From Deltaproteobacteria bacterium (GTDB lineage: Bacteria; Myxococcota; JACRCW01), in NCBI GenBank assembly GCA_016218805.1, contig JACRCW010000076.1, forward strand, positions 1-64,000: 64,000 bases of DNA, written 5' to 3'. The translations under genes were made by a program, and so were the position numbers. The notes below the pieces were generated by a model that saw only the letters and a list, made by a program, of their open reading frames with translations, made no database searches and was not told where the DNA came from. Each line of letters opens with the position of its first letter. Within the stretch, counting starts at the first letter, position 1. Shown here piece after piece: positions 57,155 to 64,000 of the stretch.

Positions 57155-59089
57155 TCAGGACGGGGGCGGCACGTCGTCCAGCCGGTAGATGACAAACGAC
57201 GGCGTCCGGTACAGCTCCGGCAGGTTCCACGGCGGGTGCCGCGTGCGGCGGATGGCCACGTGCGCGCCGAACTCGCGGCCCAGGCGGCGCGCGTCGTCGT
57301 CGGTGAGGCGTTCGTCCAGCGGGTCCAGCCGCGAGAAGTGCGTGAAGCCCACAATGGGCGCCGGCTCCCACCCGTACAGGCGCAGCTTGCGCTGGAACGT
57401 CTCCACGTACGCCGGGTGGTGGAACGCGGCGTCCCCCTCCTGGAAGTCCACCGCCGGAATCTGGTTGGAGAACACCCGCAGCCCCATCTGCGTCAGCGGC
57501 ACCATCACCACGTCGCCGCGCGGCAGCGTGCGCGCACACCATTCCTGCACGTCGCGCCATTCGGACATGGCGCCCTTGCGCGGCCCGTAGGTCATCACCA
57601 CGCCGCGCGCACCCAGGTGCAGCGCCGCCAGCAGACATGCCGCCTGGAACAGCATCCGCCGCGTGAAGCCGCGGTGCGGGCCCTCCGCCCGCCGGATCCA
57701 CGCCGACAGCACCGCCACCGCCGCAAACAGACCGAACAGACCCTCAATGAAGTAGAAGCCCCGCGGTGCCGCCTCTGCGCTGGCCACCGGCAGTTCGCGC
57801 ACGCCTGACAGAGTCAGCGCTCCGGGGATGGCCACCGCCAACGCCGTCATCAATGCCACCATCCGCCCGCCCGGCTGGCCGCCGCGGTAACGCAGCACCA
57901 TCCACAGCGCCGGGGCCAGCGTCAGCCAGTACGCGGGGCGGTACAGCGCCGCCACGCCCAGGCCCATCAGCATCATCACGCCGGTGGCCGCCGCCATGCG
58001 CGCATCCGGGAGGTCCGGCCGGTCCACCGCACGCACCAACTGCACGCATGCGCGCGCCAGGAACGGCGCCCCGGCCAGCGCCATGATCCAACTGAGGCGC
58101 ATGAGGTGCAGACGCAGGATGAACGGGTGCGGGTGAATCTCCACCAGCACGCCGCCCACCATGGCCACCAGGATGGACAGCCACACCATCCGCGCCAGCG
58201 TGCCCGCGTCGGCCACCGGCTGCGTCGGCTGCGCCAGCGCCCACAACGGCCACGCCGTGGCGACGGGGAACAGCAACATCAGCCAGTCCAGCATGCCCCA
58301 GGTGGACGGCCAGAAATGGGACGGGAACCAATCCTTGATGGCCTGCGCGTAGCCTGCCGGCGGCGTGCCGCCCAGCGCGCCCACTTCGCGCATCCACCAC
58401 AGCGTGGGCAGGCTCAACAGCACGGCCACCACGCCGCCCAGGATCACCTGCCCGCGCAGCGCGCGGTCCCGCAGCAATGGCAGCTGCACCAAACCCAACA
58501 CCAGCATCAGGTGCACCGCGTGCATGCCGTGGAAGTTGAACAGCACGCCCAGCACCACCCACGCCGCCACAATGCGCCGCCGCGCCACCAGCAGCAGCGC
58601 CCACAGCGCCATCACCTGCGCCAGCGCGCCATGCGTGAGGTAGATCTCGCTGACAATGTCCCAGCCGAACGTGGTGGACTGCACCGCCAGCACCGCGGCC
58701 GTCCAAAGCGCCGCCACCCCGTCGTCAAACAGCACCATCCCCAACCGCCACCCCAGCCAGCAGGTGGCAAACCGGAACGCGAGAAACAGCGCGAACATCA
58801 GCACCGGCAGCGGCACGTAGCGCGCCGCGTAACCCACCGCGGGGAAGAACGCCGTCGTGTACGTGTTCACCAGGTCGGAGATGAACGGGTCGCGGTCAAA
58901 GGCGTCATCCCCCGCCCAGTGGCGGATGAGCGGGATTTGCAGCCCGTGGTTGATGAACCCCACCAGGTAGCCCTGCGTGAGGATGGAGCCGGCCGTGATG
59001 AGCAGCAGCCACAGGAGGGGGCGCTGCGGCGCGCGGCTCCACAGCGGGATGCGCAACTCGGGCAGCGGTGCCGGTGCGGGCGCGGACAT
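57155..59089 (-). CDS. Polytopic membrane protein (GT-C-like architecture possible)
   Basis: About 14 hydrophobic segments, early 'DPF' loop, soluble C-terminal domain. Confidence 0.7.
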   Translation of the reverse strand: MSAPAPAPLPELRIPLWSRAPQRPLLWLLLITAGSILTQGYLVGFINHGLQIPLIRHWAGDDAFDRDPFISDLVNTYTTAFFPAVGYAARYVPLPVLMFALFLAFRFATCWLGWRLGMVLFDDGVAALWTAAVLAVQSTTFGWDIVSEIYLTHGALAQVMALWALLLVARRRIVAAWVVLGVLFNFHGMHAVHLMLVLGLVQLPLLRDRALRGQVILGGVVAVLLSLPTLWWMREVGALGGTPPAGYAQAIKDWFPSHFWPSTWGMLDWLMLLFPVATAWPLWALAQPTQPVADAGTLARMVWLSILVAMVGGVLVEIHPHPFILRLHLMRLSWIMALAGAPFLARACVQLVRAVDRPDLPDARMAAATGVMMLMGLGVAALYRPAYWLTLAPALWMVLRYRGGQPGGRMVALMTALAVAIPGALTLSGVRELPVASAEAAPRGFYFIEGLFGLFAAVAVLSAWIRRAEGPHRGFTRRMLFQAACLLAALHLGARGVVMTYGPRKGAMSEWRDVQEWCARTLPRGDVVMVPLTQMGLRVFSNQIPAVDFQEGDAAFHHPAYVETFQRKLRLYGWEPAPIVGFTHFSRLDPLDERLTDDDARRLGREFGAHVAIRRTRHPPWNLPELYRTPSFVIYRLDDVPPPS

Positions 59090-59094
59090 GGCGC

Positions 59095-59484
59095 TCAGCC
59101 CCGCCCCATCAACGGGTGGTGCGAAATGGCCACGCGGTTCCCCTCCGGGTCGCGCGCGTACGAGGTGTGGTCCGTGCGGCCCTCCACCGGCGCCCCCGCC
59201 GCCTCCAAGGCCGCCTCCAGGCGCGCGCGCTCCGCCTGGTCCACGCGCACCGCAATGAGAAACGGCCCCGCGCCCACGCCCCACACCCGGTGCGGCGCTT
59301 CGTCCGTGTGCTCCACCATCAGCGCCGCTCCCGCCCCCAGGTCCAGCCACACGCTGCGCAGGCTCCCGTCGTCGCGGAAGTGCCGCTGCTGTTCAGTGAA
59401 CCCCAGCACGTCCCGGTAGAACGCCACCACGCGCTCCACGTCCCGCGCGCCCAGCGCCACGTGGTGCAACACCCGCCCGCTCAT
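59095..59484 (-). CDS. VOC/glyoxalase family protein
   Basis: LHHVAL, FYRDVLG and YARDPEGN motifs. Confidence 0.9.
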   Translation of the reverse strand: MSGRVLHHVALGARDVERVVAFYRDVLGFTEQQRHFRDDGSLRSVWLDLGAGAALMVEHTDEAPHRVWGVGAGPFLIAVRVDQAERARLEAALEAAGAPVEGRTDHTSYARDPEGNRVAISHHPLMGRG

Positions 59485-60623
59485 GCCACCGCCCAGCCCT
59501 TGCGGCGCAGCAGCCCGCCCAGCCGGCGGATCCCCTCCACCACCACCGCGTCGTCCTGCGCAAAGCTGATGCGGAAGAACCCGTGCGCTGACGGACCAAA
59601 TGCCTCCCCCGGCACCATCACCACGTCCTCCTCGTCCAGCAGCGTCTCGGACAGCTCTTTGGTTGTCACCGGCAGCTTGCGCAGGTCCAGCATCACGTAG
59701 AACGCGCCCTCCGGCCGCGGCGGGGTAAGCCCCAGGTGCTCCTTCACCGCCGCCAGCGTCACGTCCAGCCGCCGCCGGTAGATGTCCCGGTGGCGGAACA
59801 GCGCCCGCCGCTCAAACGCCGCCAGCGCAATGTACTGAGACATGGACGCCGCACACGTGGCGCACAGCTGGTGCAGCTTGAGGGCCGGCGAGTACGCGTA
59901 CTCAGGCAGGATGGTCCAGCCCACGCGCAGGCCCGTCATGGCGCAGTTCTTGGACATGCTCCCCACCGTGATGGCGCGCCGCGTCCACCGCGCCGGGGAA
60001 GGCGCTGGCGTGTCGCCGTGGTGCAACTCGCGGTAGACCTCGTCCACCAGCAGCGTCACGCCGTTGTCCTCCGCAATGGCCGCCAGTTCCCGCGCCACCG
60101 GCTCAGACAGGGCCCGCCCCGTGGGGTTGCCCGGGGACACCACGCACAGCATCCGCGTGGCGGGTGTGAGCGCCGCGCGCACCGCGTCCGCTCGCAGCGC
60201 AAAACCGTCCGCGGGGTCCATGGGCACGCTCACCACCCGCGCGCCGAACAGCCGCGCAATGGGCCCGTAGATGTTGAACGCGGGGTCCAGCACCACCACT
60301 TCGTCACCGGGGTTGAGCAGCGCCGCCAGGCTGATGAACACCGCCTCCTGGCTGCCCTGCGTCACCAGGATGCGCTCCGGCGCGGCCTCCACGTCGGAGC
60401 GGAACGCCGCAATGTGCTCGCGCAGCTCCGCCAGCCCCGCGTTGCGCGTGTAGCCCTGCGGCCCGCTACGGAAGCGCTTGAACCCGTCATCCACCAGGTC
60501 CGCGTCCGGGTGGATGGACGGTTCCCCCAGGCCCAGGTTGAGGGACGTGGGACGTTTGCGGTCATTCAGGGCCCGTATGAATGACGGGGGTATCTGCGCG
60601 AGGACCTGGTTGACGGGCTCCAT
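59481..60623 (-). CDS. PLP-dependent aminotransferase class I/II
   Basis: NLGLGEP, PGNPTG, DEVY, SMSKN.AMTGLRVG, GAFY and PGEAFG motifs. Confidence 0.93.
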   Translation of the reverse strand: MEPVNQVLAQIPPSFIRALNDRKRPTSLNLGLGEPSIHPDADLVDDGFKRFRSGPQGYTRNAGLAELREHIAAFRSDVEAAPERILVTQGSQEAVFISLAALLNPGDEVVVLDPAFNIYGPIARLFGARVVSVPMDPADGFALRADAVRAALTPATRMLCVVSPGNPTGRALSEPVARELAAIAEDNGVTLLVDEVYRELHHGDTPAPSPARWTRRAITVGSMSKNCAMTGLRVGWTILPEYAYSPALKLHQLCATCAASMSQYIALAAFERRALFRHRDIYRRRLDVTLAAVKEHLGLTPPRPEGAFYVMLDLRKLPVTTKELSETLLDEEDVVMVPGEAFGPSAHGFFRISFAQDDAVVVEGIRRLGGLLRRKGWAVA

Positions 60624-60693
60624 GCCGCTCCCTGTAGTGGCGACGGGGCCCGCGGGGAAGCGCCGGCCGTCCCCGCTGTGGCATCATGGCCCC

Positions 60694-61293
60694 ATGCGAC
60701 CCATCCTCCCCCCCGCCCTCCTGCTGCTGGCCGCCGGCGCCGCCCACGCCCAGGACCTCCGTATCCAGTGCCCATCCGGTACCCGCGCCGTGCTGGAGAG
60801 CGAAACCACCGTCCTGTGCAAGCCCAAGACCGCCCCGGCCCCGGCGGAACCCGCGCCAGCCCCGGCGGAGCACGTGGTGGTGCAGGAGGGCCCGGTCCGC
60901 ACCACCGTGGTGGGCAGCGGCTCCATGGAGCTGACGGGGCTGCATTCGGTCCCGGAGGTCTGCGGCCTGGGCACGCTGGAGGATGACGTGGTGGAGGCCG
61001 CCAAGGAGGCCGTGTACCTGGCGGTGAACCACTGCCTGGAGGAGACCGAGGCCGTGGCGCCCGTGCGCCCGCCGCGGTGGGTGGGCTTCAAAGTGGAGGC
61101 GGTGAGCGAGAAGAGCCACACCGTCACCGTCCCCCCCGAGGCGTGGGCGCTGCCGGTGCAGACCTGTTTGCTCAAACGGCCGCCGCGGTTGCCCAAGCTG
61201 GTGCGGGGGCGGAGCTTTGTGGCGTACTACCGGATTGTGGCAACGCCGCAGGATAAGCCGCCGCCGCCCCCGTGCGTGGCACAGCGGCCGTAG
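60694..61293 (+). CDS. Hypothetical secreted protein
   Basis: Signal peptide ending AHA; host-like codon usage. Confidence 0.6.
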   Translation: MRPILPPALLLLAAGAAHAQDLRIQCPSGTRAVLESETTVLCKPKTAPAPAEPAPAPAEHVVVQEGPVRTTVVGSGSMELTGLHSVPEVCGLGTLEDDVVEAAKEAVYLAVNHCLEETEAVAPVRPPRWVGFKVEAVSEKSHTVTVPPEAWALPVQTCLLKRPPRLPKLVRGRSFVAYYRIVATPQDKPPPPPCVAQRP

Positions 61294-61506
61294 GCACACT
61301 ACAGCGCTTCACGCCGTCGAGAGTACTGTGCATTCGGTTCGGAATCCAAGATGTGTCAGACTGGTGGAGGCCCCGGTATTGGGTCGCGTTGGGACAACAT
61401 CGATCCAACGGATGTAGACCATATTTGGTGTATGGGGTGGTGCTTCCTGCGATTGGGTGGAGTGGGGGCAGCGGTTTGTCTGTATCCAGTTGAAAGGGGG
61501 CACGCG

Positions 61507-62196
61507 ATGGTGAGGTGCACTTTGACCGCCGCGGTCTTGGCTGTGCTGTCTGGCTGCCGCTGCGATTGCGACCCGGCGGGGCCATTTGGAAACGACATGG
61601 CGGTTCCGCCTGAGCACGCATTCCTTGCCGAGTTCGCAGACAGCGCGAACTTCGGCGGTCTCTTCTCTGTCAGCAAGGCAGTCGCCTGCGCCGAGCAGCC
61701 GACTTCAGACCCCTCGTGTGTCTGGATCGGCGAACGGGTCAACATTGAGCCCGTCGAGGTCTATTTCGGGGTCCCATCCACCTCGACGTACCATCCGGCT
61801 GGCGATTTCTATCGGGCGCTGCGCATGTACACCGGTTCCGAGGACGTGCGGGTTTATTTTGTGTTGACGGCTAGCCCCATCTCGCTAGACGCATCCGTTC
61901 CCGGCACGGTCTGTGGTGTCAGCACCGATGGGATTATCAGCAGGCAGAATGACGCACCTCCCTGGGTGCTGTCCCCAAACGGACAAATGGCGGTGGACTC
62001 CAGCTGCATCACCAGCCAAGCGCGCAATATTGGCGATGGGGGAGTGAACGAAGAGGGCCGCACACTTCGAGAACTGGTGGAAGGCAATCCGTGGTGCACG
62101 TTGCCTGTGTCGGTGGTGGAGGGGGATTTGTCCGCTTCTGCAGCGAGAGTCCCAACGAGGGGCGGCTTGGATCCGAGTGGCGGTTTCTGTCGCTGA
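61507..62196 (+). CDS. Hypothetical Cys-rich lipoprotein in a lower-GC segment
   Basis: Lipobox LSGC; purine-rich RBS AAGGGGG. Confidence 0.6.
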   Translation: MVRCTLTAAVLAVLSGCRCDCDPAGPFGNDMAVPPEHAFLAEFADSANFGGLFSVSKAVACAEQPTSDPSCVWIGERVNIEPVEVYFGVPSTSTYHPAGDFYRALRMYTGSEDVRVYFVLTASPISLDASVPGTVCGVSTDGIISRQNDAPPWVLSPNGQMAVDSSCITSQARNIGDGGVNEEGRTLRELVEGNPWCTLPVSVVEGDLSASAARVPTRGGLDPSGGFCR

Positions 62197-62434
62197 ACCA
62201 GCCCCCATCCCGCGCCTTTCCTGAACAGGCTGTCACCCGCTCCCGCCGGCGGCAAAGGCGGACCACTACCCACATCTGACGGCACAGAGGCAGACGGCGG
62301 GCGGTCGGCGCGCAACCGTAGGCCGGTCGAACAGCGACTCCGGCCCATCGAACACCGATCACCTGCCCTCCGGCCCCCCACCGCCGGCACCCCGGAGCGC
62401 GCGCGAGGCCGCTCGGAACCCCACTGCCGGGTGC

Positions 62435-62589
62435 CCGGAGCCGCTCTGCAGCCCACCCGGACGCCCAATGCAGGGTGCCCGGAAGTGGTCTGCAGGACCC
62501 TCCGGCGCCCCGTTGCAGACCCTCCGGAAGCGCTCTGCAGACCCCCCGGAAGGCCGCTGCGGAGCCGTCGGACCTACATTTCAGAGGGG
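62435..62589. repeat. Degenerate 22-bp-period array (CCGGA-N7-TGCAG-N5), 6-7 units
   Basis: Units start at 62435, 62457, 62479, 62502, 62524, 62546 and 62568. Confidence 0.75.
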
Positions 62590-62758
62590 TCGATGGGCGA
62601 TTTCGGGTGGAAAACCGCCCGCCGATTGGCCTGCAAACCCATCCCGACCCCCATCCGCCGGATGACGGAGCAATTCCGGGTTGTGCGCGGGTGAGCCTGG
62701 CTGGCAGCTTCCCCCGCCCAAATCAGGAAGCACCACAGACCACGGGAGGGTCGCCACC

Positions 62759-63544
62759 ATGCAGCTCGCAGAGATCAGTCAGTTGGACCTGTACTTCCTT
62801 GCTCAACTCGTCGGCAGCGCCCTGAAGGACCACCACGGCGTCATCCACCGCTTCATCAAGGAGGAACACGGCGAGCACTGGTTGGATGCCTACAACGCCG
62901 GCACCCGTGACTTCCGGGCGTCCGTGGATTCGGCCATCAAAGAGGAGACGGAGGCAAATGCTGCGGTGGGGGAGCAGGCGGCGCTTCGCGGCAAGTTCAC
63001 GTCATGGCGGCGCCTTTTGGAGAACTGTGCCAGGCGGGCGGGCGTGCAGACCGAGGTGGACCGGCTGCTGAAGGCAGCGGGCTACGGTGACGGGACCCCC
63101 CGCAGCACCAAGGAGTTCAAGGATTTCCTGGTGATCGTGGGTCCCAAGTTGAAGGTGCATGAAGCCCGCTTCCGCAAGCTGGGCGCGTCTCCCAAGGCGC
63201 TGGCGTTCCCGGGGACGATGAGCGTGGCGCTGGACACGGCCGGTGCCAAGGTTGTCAAGGAGGTGGCAGAAGCCCGGACTGCGCGGGAAGCAGTGCGCAC
63301 CCAATACGACGCGATGATCACCCAACTGCGCCTGGTGGACCACGCCGCGCAGAGTGCCAGCGCCGATGCGGCGCTTGAGGAGGACAAGGAGGCATTGGCC
63401 AGGGCCAACGCGTTGCTGAACCTGCTGGACGCCGCCGAGGGTCAGGCCAAGGTGGAGGCGCGCAAGAAGGCGACTGAGGAGGAGATCCCGGAGAGCATCA
63501 CTCTCCCGGTCAACCCGGATGCCGCCACGCCCGAACCGGCGTGA
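62759..63544 (+). CDS. Hypothetical all-helical protein
   Basis: GGGAGG RBS, good codon bias, amphipathic helices. Confidence 0.75.
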   Translation: MQLAEISQLDLYFLAQLVGSALKDHHGVIHRFIKEEHGEHWLDAYNAGTRDFRASVDSAIKEETEANAAVGEQAALRGKFTSWRRLLENCARRAGVQTEVDRLLKAAGYGDGTPRSTKEFKDFLVIVGPKLKVHEARFRKLGASPKALAFPGTMSVALDTAGAKVVKEVAEARTAREAVRTQYDAMITQLRLVDHAAQSASADAALEEDKEALARANALLNLLDAAEGQAKVEARKKATEEEIPESITLPVNPDAATPEPA

Positions 63545-63638
63545 CCGGGCAGACCGCGCGGAAGCGCACCGGATAGGGGAGGCCGCGTTTCCAACGCTTC
63601 AGCGCGCCCCCTCCCATTTGGCTGCATTCCCCCGGCGG

Positions 63639-64000
63639 TCACGGCATGGCAACGAACCGCGCCCCGGCCGTGGCCGAGTTCCCGACGTCATCCATGATCT
63701 CCACCTGCCATTGGTAGCCCGTTCCGGACGTGAGCGCCGGCGGTGAGGCGCGGCCGTCATAGTTGTACGTCACCGACAGCGTGCCCGCGGCGAGGTCCCA
63801 CGCGTCCCAGAACCGCGGGTATCCGGCGTCCGGCGACAAATGGACGTAATACGTATGCACCGTGGGCACCGGGTTGGGCGCCAGCCAGGTGAAGGTGGGC
63901 ACCAGCGTGCCGGCCGCGTTGCCCAGCGGGGAAACGGGCCGGGGCAGAACCAGCGTCTCTCCCACGGTCCCCGTGACCCGCTCCACCGTGCCGTCGTCAT
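63639..64000 (-). CDS. C-terminal part of an extracellular beta-sandwich (FN3/Ig-like) protein; start lies outside the window
   Basis: PTFTW...YYVHL...LTSGTGYQWQVEIMDDVGN. Confidence 0.65.
   Translation of the reverse strand, partial: DDGTVERVTGTVGETLVLPRPVSPLGNAAGTLVPTFTWLAPNPVPTVHTYYVHLSPDAGYPRFWDAWDLAAGTLSVTYNYDGRASPPALTSGTGYQWQVEIMDDVGNSATAGARFVAMP

Noticed and set aside
62435..62589. CRISPR array
   Set aside because: Units are only 22 bp in total, with no repeat/spacer structure and no cas genes.

Overview
Very GC-rich, gene-dense bacterial chromosomal window; the gene content (Cys-rich lipoproteins, Hanks-type kinase, PilZ, sAC-like cyclase) suggests Myxococcota or related Deltaproteobacteria (inference). 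About 55 CDSs, mostly housekeeping or envelope genes (ygfZ-like, lptFG, NFACT, split 5'-nucleotidase, cdd, Mla-type ABC, UbiB/ABC1, acyl-CoA dehydrogenases, MacAB-type exporter). I saw no rRNA, tRNA, CRISPR array or transposase. The best candidate for an undescribed system is at 46.0-50.1 kb: an ArsM-like methyltransferase, an unannotated 34-aa CC..CC..GCHD peptide, thioredoxin and thioredoxin reductase converge on a radical SAM/SPASM gene, and both transcription units carry the same ~42-bp upstream motif. Other notable items: a deaminase / kinase-RHH / catalytically degenerate endonuclease V operon; a 296-bp highly structured element flanked by an 8-bp direct repeat; a 33-aa poly-Lys ORF upstream of the NFACT gene; a triple radical SAM + glycosyltransferase operon with one frameshift; a REP-associated tandem duplication; and a 22-bp-period array. 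All product calls come from motif recognition by eye; no database searches were run.
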